This document shows, piece after piece, positions 1 through 10,636 of a stretch of 64,000 nucleotides of DNA. Within the stretch, counting starts at the first letter, position 1, and the number at the start of each line of letters is the position of its first letter. The stretch is from an uncultured Chloroflexia bacterium. GTDB taxonomy: Bacteria > Chloroflexota > Limnocylindria > Limnocylindrales > CSP1-4. The stretch covers positions 384,001 to 448,000 of the forward strand of contig CAVTHS010000008.1 of the NCBI GenBank assembly GCA_963734535.1, in the 5' to 3' direction. A program made the position numbers and the translations under genes. A model generated the notes under the pieces. The model had not been told where the DNA came from. It saw only the letters and a program-made list of their open reading frames with translations, and searched no databases.

Positions 1-1
1 G

Positions 2-2557
2 CGGCGCCGTGTCTCCGGTGCGCTGCTGGAGATCAGCGTCGACGACCTGCGGTTTCGGTCGTGGGAGGTGGAGCGGCTCTTCCGCGACTTCTACGACGAC
101 GCCCTCCGCCCGGACGAGCTCGCCCGGCTCGCCCGAAGGACCGAGGGCTGGGCCGCCGGGCTGCAGCTCTTCCACCTCGCCACCCGCGGCAAGCCACGCG
201 ACGAGCGACTGCGGATCCTCGCGGGCCTCGGCTCCAGCCCCCGGTTCGTGCGCGACTACCTGGCCCGCAACGTCGTCGCGGAGCTCCCCGACGAGCTGCG
301 CGACTTCCTGGTCCGGACCAGCGTCCTGCGCCGGCTGAGCGGGCCACTCTGCGATGCGCTCCTCGCACGGTCGGGGAGCCGGGCCCTGCTCGAGGAGCTC
401 GAGCGACGCAGCGTCTTCACGGTTGCGCTCGACGACGAGGGGACGTTCCGCTATCACGAGGTCCTGCGCAGCCATCTCGAGGCCATGCTCGTCGCGGAAG
501 CCGGCGAGCAGGGCGCGCGGGAGCAGGCACGCCGGGCCGCGGAGCTGCTGGTGGCCGTGGGAGCCGTGGCGGAGGCCCTTGCCGCCTTCAGCCGCGCCGA
601 GGACTGGGCCGCGGTGGATCGACTCCTCGAACGGCACGGGGCGCGGATCGTCGACGGCCACGGGGCGTGGATCGACAGCCTCCCGGCGGCGCTCCTGGTG
701 CAGGATCCGTGGCTCACGCTCGCCACTGCCCGGCGCCACCGCGCCGAGGGACGCTGGGGCCAGGCCCTCGACGCGTACGCAAGCGCCGAGGCGCTCTTCG
801 GGGCGGGCGACTCCGGGGCCGCATGCCGGCGCGAGCGGGTGGCGCTCGCCGCGTGGCTCGACCCGCATCCGGCGCCGAGCACCGAGTGGACGGGCTGGCT
901 GCGGGCCGCGGTCGCCCGCGATCCGCTTTCGCGGCGCGGACCCGTGGTGGCCGGCGCCGCCACGGCCGACCACACGCCAGGCTCCGGGCCGACGTCGCCG
1001 GGCACGGGCGAGCTGCTGGCGACAGGGCTCTCCGCGCTGGTCGCCGGACGGGTCAGGGACGCCAGGTCGCTCCTCGACGAGGCGGCGCGGGCCGCGGTGG
1101 ACGCCCCGACGCTCGCCGCGGCTGCTGCACTCGGCGGAGCGGTCGCCGGACTCCTCGCGGGCGACGCACGGGAGGCCATCGAGGCCGAGGCGGCCGTGGC
1201 GGCCGCCGAGCGGCTCGGCGTCCCGTGGCTGGCCCAGGTCGGACGGGCCGCGCTCGCGATCTCGCGAAGCCCGATCGGCAGCGAGTATGGACGGGCCGAC
1301 GCGTCGGCCGTCCGGGTCGCCGCCGGCCGCGAGCAGGACCCGTGGGGAGAGGCGCTGGCCGCGCTCGCCGAAGGATGGGCCTCGCTCGAGGAGCCGGCGG
1401 AGGCGGGTCCATCGCTGGAGATCGCCGTTGCGCGGTTCCGCGCGCTCGGTGCGTCCTCCCTCGAGGCCTGGGCACGATCGCTCGCCGCCGGCTGCCTGGC
1501 AATCGAGGACGCCCCCGGCGCCCGCGAGGCTGCCCTGGCCGCCGAGGCGTTCGCGCGGACGGCCGGCACGCCGGGACCGCATGCCCTTGCCTACGCGGCC
1601 CTCGCCATCGCCGATCCGGCGCATGCGCCGGATCTCCGCGCCCTTGCGGATGCCCTCTACGACGATACCGGGCTTTCCGAGCCTGAGGCACTCCGACCGG
1701 CGGGTCTTCGATCGCACGTGCCCGAGATCGGCGCCGCTGCGCGCGAGCCTTCGGACGGGGTCCCGCCGCTGGAGATCCGGTGCTTCGGCGCGTTCGCGAT
1801 CTCGGTCGCGGGCCGTGCCGTCGACCTTGCGTCGCTGAAGCCGCGTCCCCGGGCGGTGCTGCGCCTGCTGGCCGTGAACGCCGGCCGACCCGTCCATCGC
1901 GAGGTGATCCAGGATGCGCTCTGGCGGGACGCCGACCCCGAGGCCGGGGCGCGGAGCCTCCATGTCGCGCTCTCGGCGCTCCGCCGGGAGCTCGAGCCGG
2001 CCGAGGGCCGCGTCAGCCGCGAGATCCTGCTTCGCGACGGCGACGCCTACCGGCTCGCGATCCCGCGTGGCTCCCGCGTCGACGTGCTCGCGTTCGAGGA
2101 GGCCATGAGCCGCGGACGATCGGCTCGCGGACGCGACGACCGCGCCACCATCGCGGCGTTCCGGGCGGCCGTGGCGGAATACGCCGGCGACCTGCTGCCG
2201 GAGGATGGCCCGGCCGACTGGGTCGTCGCTCGGCGCGAGCGGGCGCGTGCCGACTATGTCGAGGCGGCGCTCGGCCTCGCCGAGCTCGTCCTCGTCGAGC
2301 GGCCCGGGGAGGCTGCGGCCGTGTGCGTCGCGGCGCTCGGCATCGACCCGTACCACGACCCGCTCTGGCGGCTGCTCATCGATGCGCGGGAGCGCGCCGG
2401 TGATCGCGCGGCAGCCGCGAGCGCTCGTGCGAGCTACGCCCGCATGCTTGCCGATCTCGGGCTCGCCGAATCTGCCGGCGAGGCCCGCGCGACCGCAGGC
2501 ACCCGCCCGGCCGAGTCCGTGCCGCTCACTTCGCCGCGCGGAACTCCACCTCGGTGA
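2..2557 (+). CDS. MalT-like large transcriptional regulator with C-terminal winged-helix + BTAD (SARP-type) module; 5'-truncated by window edge
   Basis: Frame open from base 2 ([12 protein letters not shown]). MalT-family motifs [26 protein letters not shown] and FRYHEVLR; helical region; C-terminal LEIRCFGAF...[33 protein letters not shown] typical of wHTH+BTAD. Confidence 0.85.
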   Translation, partial: RRRVSGALLEISVDDLRFRSWEVERLFRDFYDDALRPDELARLARRTEGWAAGLQLFHLATRGKPRDERLRILAGLGSSPRFVRDYLARNVVAELPDELRDFLVRTSVLRRLSGPLCDALLARSGSRALLEELERRSVFTVALDDEGTFRYHEVLRSHLEAMLVAEAGEQGAREQARRAAELLVAVGAVAEALAAFSRAEDWAAVDRLLERHGARIVDGHGAWIDSLPAALLVQDPWLTLATARRHRAEGRWGQALDAYASAEALFGAGDSGAACRRERVALAAWLDPHPAPSTEWTGWLRAAVARDPLSRRGPVVAGAATADHTPGSGPTSPGTGELLATGLSALVAGRVRDARSLLDEAARAAVDAPTLAAAAALGGAVAGLLAGDAREAIEAEAAVAAAERLGVPWLAQVGRAALAISRSPIGSEYGRADASAVRVAAGREQDPWGEALAALAEGWASLEEPAEAGPSLEIAVARFRALGASSLEAWARSLAAGCLAIEDAPGAREAALAAEAFARTAGTPGPHALAYAALAIADPAHAPDLRALADALYDDTGLSEPEALRPAGLRSHVPEIGAAAREPSDGVPPLEIRCFGAFAISVAGRAVDLASLKPRPRAVLRLLAVNAGRPVHREVIQDALWRDADPEAGARSLHVALSALRRELEPAEGRVSREILLRDGDAYRLAIPRGSRVDVLAFEEAMSRGRSARGRDDRATIAAFRAAVAEYAGDLLPEDGPADWVVARRERARADYVEAALGLAELVLVERPGEAAAVCVAALGIDPYHDPLWRLLIDARERAGDRAAAASARASYARMLADLGLAESAGEARATAGTRPAESVPLTSPRGTPPR

Positions 2558-4650
2558 TCGCGACGTTCGTGCCGCCGCTCGAGGCATAGACGGACTTCAC
2601 GGTCAACCGGAAGGTCGTTGCTCCCTTGGCGGACACGTCGAACGACTGCGGGTCCTTGACGTCCTTGAGCTCGAGATCCTTGGACGCGACGGCCGCGCCC
2701 GACGCGTCGAGGAACTCGACGCTGATGTCGTGCGGGCGCGGGCTGCCCTGGAAATCGGGGACGGCGCCCGAGGTGACGAGGATCTTCGCGATGTCCGTCG
2801 CCGGGCTGAAGCCGGCGCTGATGGCCGGGGCCGCCCCGCCCGTCACCGGAGCTGCCCAGTACGTGTTGCTGAACCCATCGAACGCCGCCTGGGCCGGGTG
2901 CCCCTTGACGGCCGGCCCGGTCGCCTGGCCGGCGCTGTGGACCGGGACCAGGTTCGGCGCAACCGTCTGCCGAATGGACGAGATGAACGAGTTGACGCCG
3001 TCGCGCCAGTCGGGGACCACGGCGTACCCGACGACCGCGCCGACGAGCGCCGCCACGACCACGACCTGGATCACGAGGGTAAGCAGCCGTCCGATCGAGA
3101 GCCCGCGCCGGCCCGCGCGACCGTCGGTGCGCATGCTCTTCGGCCGCTCGCCGGCGGCAGCCGTCGTTCGACGCCGGCGGAAGATCCGCCGGTACCAGGG
3201 CACCTTCGGCGCCACCGCGACGACGGCCTCGGCCAGGGATTGGCCGCAGCGCCGGCAGAAGCGCCGGGTCGGATCGTTGCCGATCCGGCAGTTCCCGCAG
3301 ATGAGATCGCCGGGGTTTGCCGGCGGCGTCTCGGCCTGCGCCTGGCGGGCCGCCTGTCGGGCATGTTCCGGGCCGGGCCGAACCGCGACGGGCTGCCGGG
3401 AGGCAGGCTGCTCCGGCATCGGCACCGGCACGACGGCCGCGGGCTGGACTGCCGGACTCACGACCGGTGCTGGCGGCGCGACCTGGCGAACCGGGCGGGC
3501 TGCGGGCGGCTGGGCGGGTGGGAGGGCGACGGGCCGAGCGGCTGGCGGCTGAGCTGTCGGAAGGCTCGCCGTCGGCTCGGCGAGGGGCGGGGTCGCGACG
3601 ATCGGCGGTGGGGTCGGACGGGCTGCCTCGAAGAGCGGACGTGGTCGCGGGATCGTGCCTCCGGGGCCCCCCAGGGCAGGCCGAATGCGCGGCGTCGCGG
3701 GCACCACTGGAGCGGGTGCCAGGGTCGGCGCGGCAGAGGGCCCCGGTTCGGGGATGGGTCCGGGTTCGGCAGCTGGCGCCGTGGTCGGTGTCGGCCCAGG
3801 CTCGAGCACCGGCTCGGCCACGACCTGGGGCCCGGGCTCGGGTGTCGAGGCCATTGCCTCGACTGGCTCGGCCACGGTGGACGGCGCGGGCACGGCCGCG
3901 GGCGACGGGGCGGGTGCCATTGTTGCGATCGGTTCTGGCTCCGGTGCGGAGTGGCGGTTCGGGCAACGGCGCTGGCTCGGGTTCGGGCAACGGCGCTGGC
4001 TCGGGTTCGGGCAACGGCGCCGGCTCGGGTTCGGGCAACGGCGCTGGCTCGGGTTCGGGCAACGGCGCCGGCTCGGGTTCGGGCAACGGCGCTGGCTCGG
4101 GTTCGGGCAACGGCGCCGGCTCGGGTTCGGGCAACGGCGCTGGCTCGGGTTCGGGCAACGGCGCCGGCTCGGGTTCGGGCAACGGCGCCGGCTCGGGTTC
4201 GGGCAACGGCGCCGGCTCGGGTTCGGGCAACGGCGCCGGCTCGGGTTCGGGCTCCGCCATCCGATAGACACGGGTACCGGAGACGATCACCGGTGCGGTC
4301 GGGGCTCCCGAGGAACCAGCCTGCGATGTTGCCGCGCCGGCAGCGTCCGCCGCCTCACGAGATCCTGGCGTCTCTCCTGCGCCGGGCTGGGCCGAAGAAG
4401 CGCCGGCCGGCTCGGCTCCGGTCCCAGCCGGTGCTGACCCGGCGCTGCCCAGGCCGACGGCATCGCGCACGCGGCCAACGAAGGTCAGGTGCTCGGGCTC
4501 GACGGGCTGCGGCGCTTCGGGTTCCGGCACGACCGGCTCGGGCGCCGCTTCGGCCACCTTCGACCCGGTCCATTCGAGGAAGCTGCCGCACGATCCGCAG
4601 AAGCTGTCCGCGGCGGTGTTCTGGAACCCGCACTTGGTGCAGACGATCAC
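2526..4650 (-). CDS. CisA-like bitopic membrane protein: zinc ribbon, Pro-rich linker, second zinc ribbon, TM helix, C-terminal discoidin/glycan-binding-like domain; frameshift near 3948
   Basis: GTG at 4650 behind GGAG gives [19 protein letters not shown]. After the PEPEPAPL repeat the coding sense moves to the frame of ORF 2526..4271: [52 protein letters not shown]...VAITEVEF. Last gene of the CIS structural operon. Confidence 0.75.
3956..4250. repeat. Coding tandem repeat, 12 x 24 bp (GGGTTCGGGCAACGGCGCYGGCTC), encoding (PEPEPAPL)n on the minus strand
   Basis: GGGCAACGGC recurs every 24 bp from 3961 to 4225; one C/T variable position. Confidence 0.95.
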
Positions 4651-4783
4651 GTGGCGCTCCCTCGACAGCCAGCCTGCCCGCGTGCTCGCGGTGCGCCCCG
4701 ACGGTTGGTCCGGCCGCGCGCGACCGGACCGGCGGAACGTGCGCGCATCGTAGCAAGCGGGCCGCGTCGAGCGAGCGCGCGGC

Positions 4784-5323
4784 TCACCCCTTGACGATCT
4801 CGATCCGGTGCGGCACGTGTGCCGGCTTGGCCGTCGAGACCAGCGCCTCCAGGCCCGACGCGGAGAGGCTCGCCGGATCCTTGACCCGAACCCGGATGAA
4901 GAGGTCCTCCGAGGTTCCAGCCGGGATCGGTCCGCCCGCATCGTGCGACCAGGCCGTTGCGCCCGGCTCGGCGATCTCCACCTCGCCGCCGCTGAAGACC
5001 GCGACGTGCGCCGCCAGGCCGCCGACGGTGCCCCGGATCCTGAAGAGATCGACGGCCGACGCCACGAAGGCCCGGCGCCGCTCGATGGGCCAGGTCTCGT
5101 CGAGCGCGGCTCCGGTCCACCCACCCAGCCATTCGAGGAAGTCCTCGGGCGCGAGCGCCGGATCGAGGTAGGCGGGGAAGCAGTCGAGCACCTGGACGAC
5201 ACCCGCCAGCACCTCGTCGAACGCCGCGGTGAGACGCTGGGTCATGTCGTCGTCACGGTAGACGCCCGGGAGATGCTCCCCGAGCGGGTGCGGCGAACGG
5301 AGCCCGGGAATGTGCCCCCGCAT
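4784..5323 (-). CDS. Phage tail / baseplate wedge protein (P2 gpI-like; CIS baseplate)
   Basis: LPGVY..DD...R...[18 protein letters not shown], ...FRIRGT..GL, KPAHV motifs; immediately downstream of baseplate J-like gene. Confidence 0.85.
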   Translation of the reverse strand: MRGHIPGLRSPHPLGEHLPGVYRDDDMTQRLTAAFDEVLAGVVQVLDCFPAYLDPALAPEDFLEWLGGWTGAALDETWPIERRRAFVASAVDLFRIRGTVGGLAAHVAVFSGGEVEIAEPGATAWSHDAGGPIPAGTSEDLFIRVRVKDPASLSASGLEALVSTAKPAHVPHRIEIVKG

Positions 5324-5327
5324 TGCC

Positions 5328-7277
5328 CTACGCCCCCTCGACGAGGAGCTGGTGCTCGTAGCTGAAGACCAGCGCATGCGGCTCGAGGTCGAGGCGCTGG
5401 GTCACCTGGCCGCGCTGGCCGGTGACAGGGTCCGCCCCGAAGAGACGAACGTCCTCCACGAGCTCCGTCCCGCGCAGCCCCTGGAGCACCGCGTACACCT
5501 CGCCCACCTGGACAGGGCGGCCGAACGGCCAGCCGGTGCCCTCCGGGCCGCCCGTGATCGGGTGGAAGTATCCGTAGATGGCACGCATCGCCTCGTCCTG
5601 GAGGCGCGTGGGGTTGACGCGAGGGCGTGCCCGGAGGCGCGCCACGATCGTGATGCCCCGGTAGGCCGGCGGCTCGACCAGCACGCGCGTGCCGACGACC
5701 CGGCATTCGTCGAGCCGGGCGGCGACCCGCGCGAGCGTCTCATCCGACGGCAGCAGCTGGTCGAAGCGGAGCCGCCCGGCGTCGGCCTCGGCAGCCGGCA
5801 CGACGAGGACGCGGACGGAGCCAGCGTCGACCCCGTCGCCCGCGGCCACGGCGCGCACCCGCGCCAGCTCCGGCGCCGCCTCGAGCGCGATGTGCTCGAA
5901 GTCCTCCGTGGTCACGGCGCGGCCGCGTGTGCGGAGCGAGATCGGGCCGCGCAGCTTCGCGTTCTCGATGTCCTCGCCGTCCACGCCGCCCGCCATGGGC
6001 CGGCGGTTCTCGACCCGGGAGACGTAGGCGATCGAGCTCTTGAGCACGCTGATCGCCCGCGGCGCGAGGTTCCCCTCCCGCCCGCCGCCCGTGAGGTACG
6101 CATCGACGCGGATGCGGGCACCCTTCGGCGGGACTCCGCCGTACTGGCGGACGGTCCCATCCTGCTCGCGGACTGCGGGCCCGAACGAGATCTCGCCCGC
6201 CACGGCATCGAGGACGAAGTGACGGTCGTCCGGCCCGGAGTCGGCGAAGTCCGGGACCTGGGTCCATTCCTGCCAGCCGGCCTCGTCGTCGGAGACGCCG
6301 AGCGTCATGGGCCGGTCGCCGGGCACGATGGGGCGATGCCTGACGGGGAACCGGCCGCCGGCAACGCCCTCCGCCGCGCCGAGAATCTCGTCGACGATCA
6401 CGTCGGCATGCACGGCCGCCGCCGTTCCGCCGATCGTGGCTGCCTCCAGGCCACGCACGTTCGGCGACGCGGAGTAGAAGGGCTGACCTTCCTCCGCTTC
6501 CGTGACACGCGCGCGGACCCAGCCCGCCCGTGTCTTCTCGATCACCGAGGCTGAATGGCCCGCCGGCAGGTGGACGACCACGTCGCCGTCCCGGTTCAGG
6601 CCGCCGGTGGTGTCGAGGTCGAGATCGCAGGCCTCCCAGTCCTCGCCCGTCCAGGCCTCCCAGGCGAGCGGCGGCCACGTTGGGTCCACCCCCACGCCCT
6701 CGATCGTGCACTTGAAGCGCAGCCGGAGCGCGTTCGACGGCGCCGGGTCGGAGAGGCCGATGAGAAGGAGGTCGCCTGGCTTCGGCTGGGTCTCGAACGC
6801 CAGGAAGTCGCGCGCGTTGAGCGCCTCGGTGGTGCGGTCGGCGTACTTCTTCCCATCCGCGGAGGTGAACGCGGCCGTGACCGCGACCGGCACGATCGGG
6901 AGGTCGTCGAGGGTCGTGAAGACGATTGCCTGGTCGGCCTCGGTGCGAATCGTCGCGGCCTGCGTCCCGCCGGGGATGCGGAGCGCCTGCGGCTGCGGGC
7001 CGGAGAGCCAGAACGTGACGTCGCCGCGCGCCGCGGACGGCGGGAAGAGCCGGATCCCGATCAGCTCCAGGAACTTGACGTAGTTGCGGTCCGGGACGCG
7101 ATTGACCCGGTAGAGGAGCTGGTCGGTCATCCAGGCGAAGAGCTCGATCAGGGTCACGCCCGGGTCGGAGACGTTGTGGTCGGTCCACTCGGGGCAGCGC
7201 TGCTGGACGAGCCGCTTCGCGTCGTCGACGAGGTCCTGGAAGCGGCGATCGTCCAGGTTGGGGACCGGCAGGGCCAT
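5328..7277 (-). CDS. Baseplate assembly protein (baseplate J / Afp11-like)
   Basis: MALPVPNLDDRRFQDLVDDAK...CPEWTDHNVSDPGVTLIELFAW; RAVTTEDFE; GWPFGR. Confidence 0.95.
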   Translation of the reverse strand: MALPVPNLDDRRFQDLVDDAKRLVQQRCPEWTDHNVSDPGVTLIELFAWMTDQLLYRVNRVPDRNYVKFLELIGIRLFPPSAARGDVTFWLSGPQPQALRIPGGTQAATIRTEADQAIVFTTLDDLPIVPVAVTAAFTSADGKKYADRTTEALNARDFLAFETQPKPGDLLLIGLSDPAPSNALRLRFKCTIEGVGVDPTWPPLAWEAWTGEDWEACDLDLDTTGGLNRDGDVVVHLPAGHSASVIEKTRAGWVRARVTEAEEGQPFYSASPNVRGLEAATIGGTAAAVHADVIVDEILGAAEGVAGGRFPVRHRPIVPGDRPMTLGVSDDEAGWQEWTQVPDFADSGPDDRHFVLDAVAGEISFGPAVREQDGTVRQYGGVPPKGARIRVDAYLTGGGREGNLAPRAISVLKSSIAYVSRVENRRPMAGGVDGEDIENAKLRGPISLRTRGRAVTTEDFEHIALEAAPELARVRAVAAGDGVDAGSVRVLVVPAAEADAGRLRFDQLLPSDETLARVAARLDECRVVGTRVLVEPPAYRGITIVARLRARPRVNPTRLQDEAMRAIYGYFHPITGGPEGTGWPFGRPVQVGEVYAVLQGLRGTELVEDVRLFGADPVTGQRGQVTQRLDLEPHALVFSYEHQLLVEGA

Positions 7278-7280
7278 CGC

Positions 7281-7682
7281 TCACTCCTCCGCGGGGATCA
7301 TGTAGAAGGGAAAGACGAGGTTCCGCGGGTCGTTCGATGACCCGACGGCGTAGCGGATGTCGATGTAGAGGGTCGCGGGCTCGTCGGGGTCGCGCGTGAC
7401 CTCCACCTCGCGCACGTCGATCCGGGGCTCCCAGCGACGAAGCGCGCCTCGAACGTCTGCCGCGATCCGGCCGAACGTGGACGGGTCGATCGCAGCGAAG
7501 ACCTCGTCGTGGATGCCGCACCCGAACTCGGGGCGCATCGGGCGCTCGCCGTAGGCAGTCCCCAGAACGAGCCGGATGCTCTCCTCGATCTCGCGCTCGT
7601 GCGTCACGAGGGCGATCCCGCCGGCAGCGTTGGTCCGGAGCGGGAAGGCCCAGCCGGCGCCGATGAACTCGTCGTTGACCAT
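7281..7682 (-). CDS. GPW/gp25 family baseplate / sheath initiator protein
   Basis: FIGAGWAFP, IEESIRLVLGTAYGERPMRPEFGC, RWEPRI, NLVFPFY. Confidence 0.95.
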   Translation of the reverse strand: MVNDEFIGAGWAFPLRTNAAGGIALVTHEREIEESIRLVLGTAYGERPMRPEFGCGIHDEVFAAIDPSTFGRIAADVRGALRRWEPRIDVREVEVTRDPDEPATLYIDIRYAVGSSNDPRNLVFPFYMIPAEE

Positions 7683-7693
7683 GTCCGTCCTCC

Positions 7694-9448
7694 TCAGCCC
7701 AGCGAGACCATGGAGCCCTTGACGGACGTGATGCCGCTGGACTCGAGGGAGAGCTGGCCTTCGCCGCTCACCTTGGTGCTCGCCGGCGAGCTGATCTCGA
7801 CCCCGCCCAGGCCCTTGATCTTCAACGAACCCTGGCAGTCGATCGTGAAGTCGCCCCCGGTCTTCATCTCGACCGTGCCGCTGCCGTCGGCCGTGACCAC
7901 GACCTTCTTGTTGGCGGCGTCCACGTGGATCTGGATCGTCCCGTCGGCCGAGGAGAGCAGGATCCCCTCGCTGCCGGACTCGTCGGAGAAGACCATCTTC
8001 TGGCCGGTCCGGCTGACGAGCTGGCGCGCCTTGAGCTTCTTGTCGCCGTCGATGTCGAACGGCGGCGGCTTGTCGACGCCGTTCCAGAGCCCGCCCAGCA
8101 CGTAGGGCTCGCTGACGTCACCCTGGTGGAACGCCACGAGCACCTCGTCCTGGACCTCGGGGAGCCAGACCAGGCCCCGGTTCGGGCCGTTGCCGGGAGC
8201 GACGACCCTGGCCCAGTCCGTGACGAAGTCGTGCCCGAGGTATGGCAGCTGGACGCGGACCCGCCCGAGGTCCGACGGGTCGGCGTTGTCCGACACGATC
8301 CCGATCTGCACGCCGGCCATGCCGCCACCCTGGCCGCTGCTGCCGCCACTCCCCGTGGTCAGCCCCAGCAGCGTCCGCTCCTGGCGCCCGCTCACCTCGA
8401 ACTGGGTTCGATATCCCTTCTTGTCGAAGATGTGGCGGGTGTGGGTGAGGGTGTAGCTCCCCGCGAAGGGAGCAGCAACCTCGGAGACGCTGACGGTGCT
8501 CCCAGCCTTGAGCTTCGGGTTGCCCGTGGCGGTGCCACTCGCCTCCGCGAATGCGCTGCCGACCTGCTCCGCGAGGGCCTTCGACGCGCTTTCAACCATC
8601 GGCTGCGTCGTGCGCGGCCGGTTCCCGCTCACGTAGCCGGGCAGACCGAAGATCGCGGCGATCGAGGCCGGCGTGTCGGGCAGCTGCACGCTCGTGGTCG
8701 CCGTGGGCTGCTCCGAGGTCAGCTCCGTCCTGCCGGACATGTCCCAGCCCCGAACGGTGACGGTGGCGACCTGGCCCCCTGCGGTCACGCGCGGCCGGAA
8801 CTCCTTCAGGTTCTGCCCGAAGACGAGCTGGAGGGCATTCGTGCTGTTCAGGTCACCGGCGGCCGGGGCGGTGGACGCATCCGGTGGCGGGGCGAAGCTG
8901 AACTTGCCGTCCGTGACCGCGACCTGGAAGCGGCGCTCACGGCCCAGGTCGGTGAGGAACTCCCAGTCGGTCTGGCCCGCCTGCAGGACGTACTCGAGGA
9001 CGTCGCGCGAGTCGGCGATGGTCCCCACCTCGAGGCCCAGGTCGGACGCGATGGTCCGTGCGATGTCCGAGTACTTCACCTGGCGGTAGACGGCCGAGCG
9101 CCTCGCATGCATGAGCCGGTGGCCCTGGTCGTAGCCGCGGACAACGAGCGTCGGTGCCTTGGACTCGTGGTAGACGCCTTCGAGCGCGGTGACCTCGCCC
9201 GTGATGAGGGGCGCCGGCGCGTCATCCTGGAGCGCTCTCCCCGAGATCACGATCTTCGCCCCGACCTTGAGGTGCGCCTTCGTCGCCACGTCCTTGCCCG
9301 GCGTCTCCTGGAAGACGATCTCGAACGTGTCGGGAAGCAGGAGGTGATCGTCCACGGTGACCTGCAGGACGCTGGGCTCCACGGCAGGGTCGAGCGGCTG
9401 ACCATCGACCTCGATCCGGACGGCGGTTGCGATCGGGGAGTCGGGCAT
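7694..9448 (-). CDS. VgrG-related spike/hub protein (Afp8-like)
   Basis: Q..QTDWEFL..L, gp27-like hub; OB-fold GIVSDNADP..LGRVRV..P, WARVV.PG.G..RG..WLPEV.DEVLVAF; beta-helix C-terminus. Confidence 0.93.
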   Translation of the reverse strand: MPDSPIATAVRIEVDGQPLDPAVEPSVLQVTVDDHLLLPDTFEIVFQETPGKDVATKAHLKVGAKIVISGRALQDDAPAPLITGEVTALEGVYHESKAPTLVVRGYDQGHRLMHARRSAVYRQVKYSDIARTIASDLGLEVGTIADSRDVLEYVLQAGQTDWEFLTDLGRERRFQVAVTDGKFSFAPPPDASTAPAAGDLNSTNALQLVFGQNLKEFRPRVTAGGQVATVTVRGWDMSGRTELTSEQPTATTSVQLPDTPASIAAIFGLPGYVSGNRPRTTQPMVESASKALAEQVGSAFAEASGTATGNPKLKAGSTVSVSEVAAPFAGSYTLTHTRHIFDKKGYRTQFEVSGRQERTLLGLTTGSGGSSGQGGGMAGVQIGIVSDNADPSDLGRVRVQLPYLGHDFVTDWARVVAPGNGPNRGLVWLPEVQDEVLVAFHQGDVSEPYVLGGLWNGVDKPPPFDIDGDKKLKARQLVSRTGQKMVFSDESGSEGILLSSADGTIQIHVDAANKKVVVTADGSGTVEMKTGGDFTIDCQGSLKIKGLGGVEISSPASTKVSGEGQLSLESSGITSVKGSMVSLG

Positions 9449-9451
9449 CGC

Positions 9452-10177
9452 TCAGGGCTCCCGAGCGGAGAGCTGCTTGGCCTCGACGACGGACGGCACG
9501 AGGACGCGCGTCCCGGCTGCCATCCGCAGCGGGTCGTCGATCTCGTTGAAGGCGGCGATCCCGCGCCAGAGGTTCGGGTCGCCGTACTCGCGGTAGGCGA
9601 TCCCGGCGAGGCTGTCGCCGTCGTCGAGCACGACACTGCGCCGGCTCTCGCGCGACCCCGATGTCGGGTTCTGCGCCGGCGTCTCCTCCGGGACCTCCTC
9701 GAGGGCGATCGTGCAGCTGGCGCGGATCGGCGTGCCATCCGATTTGAACAGGATGTACTTGGCGGAGACGGACTTCAGGAAGCAGCGGTAGTCCTGGAAG
9801 ATGCGGCTCGCACCCCACTCGAAGCGCAGGATCGGCGGCTGCGGGACGTGGCGGTCCATCGAGGCCCTGGTGGGCTTGGTCCAGTTGAGAAGCGCCTTGA
9901 CGCTCGTCGTGATGTCCGCGTCGGGGCTGTCCCAGGCGTCGAACCAGATCTCCATCTGGACGCTCTGCGGGCCGGCTCCGTGATACTCGGGCCGGCTCGA
10001 CGACCGCGCGCCGCGCGCCGGCGGGCGGTTCCAGTTCGCGGCCTTGCTGGTCGTGATCTCGGCCGGGTTGTACATGAAGCGGAGCTCGCCGACGGGCGCG
10101 CCACCGTCCGCGGGTGCCTGCGGGCCGCCTTCGACCCGCAGGACCGCGTGCTCCAGCTGGCCGCCGCCGTTGAGCAT
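9452..10177 (-). CDS. CIS tube-initiator protein with C-terminal LysM domain (Afp7-like)
   Basis: F.YNPAEI..K..NW, PPILRFEWG, F.SDGTPIRA, QNPTSG, GDSLAGIAYREYGDP.LWR.IA..N.IDDP. ATG overlaps the upstream stop (TGATG). Confidence 0.9.
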   Translation of the reverse strand: MLNGGGQLEHAVLRVEGGPQAPADGGAPVGELRFMYNPAEITTSKAANWNRPPARGARSSSRPEYHGAGPQSVQMEIWFDAWDSPDADITTSVKALLNWTKPTRASMDRHVPQPPILRFEWGASRIFQDYRCFLKSVSAKYILFKSDGTPIRASCTIALEEVPEETPAQNPTSGSRESRRSVVLDDGDSLAGIAYREYGDPNLWRGIAAFNEIDDPLRMAAGTRVLVPSVVEAKQLSAREP

Positions 10178-10602
10178 CAGCGCGTGAACCCGTTGTGGAC
10201 GAGCTCGAGGACCTCGAGCGCGACCTGGCTGGTGCCGGTGTCGAGGGTCGGCCCGGTCCACTTGGCGGGGTAGACGCCGGCGAGCTTCCACGAGGTGACC
10301 TTGGTGCCGCCCGAGTCGAGCAGCTCGATCTCCGCGGTGGAGCGCTTCGGGTCGCTCGCGACGGACGCCAGCCACACCGCCACCTTGCCGGTGTCCTTGT
10401 CGATCGGCCGGGTCAGCTTGATGTTCTGGTACTTCGCGCGGCCCGGCACGCGATGGACGAAGTCGTTCTGGCCACCCTCCTTGATCTCCTGGACGTCGTA
10501 CTCGACGGTCAGCCCCTCGCACTTGGTCCAGGCGCCAAGGTCCGTGTGGTCGTCCAGGGTGACCTTGAAGCGAAGGACGAGGCCGTACCCGGGATCGCTC
10601 AT
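10177..10602 (-). CDS. T4 gp19-like tail tube protein (second tube, Afp5-like)
   Basis: GAWTKCEGL, EGGQN.FVH..PGR.KY.NI.LTR, YP.KWTGP, VALE.LEL.HNG. Confidence 0.93.
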   Translation of the reverse strand: MSDPGYGLVLRFKVTLDDHTDLGAWTKCEGLTVEYDVQEIKEGGQNDFVHRVPGRAKYQNIKLTRPIDKDTGKVAVWLASVASDPKRSTAEIELLDSGGTKVTSWKLAGVYPAKWTGPTLDTGTSQVALEVLELVHNGFTR

Positions 10603-10636
10603 GGTGACCTCCGGGCGACGACGGTTGTCATGCTTC

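Noticed and set aside
3956-4250. Possible CRISPR array
   Set aside because: Head-to-tail 24-bp units with no unique spacers, in-frame coding repeat, and no cas genes.
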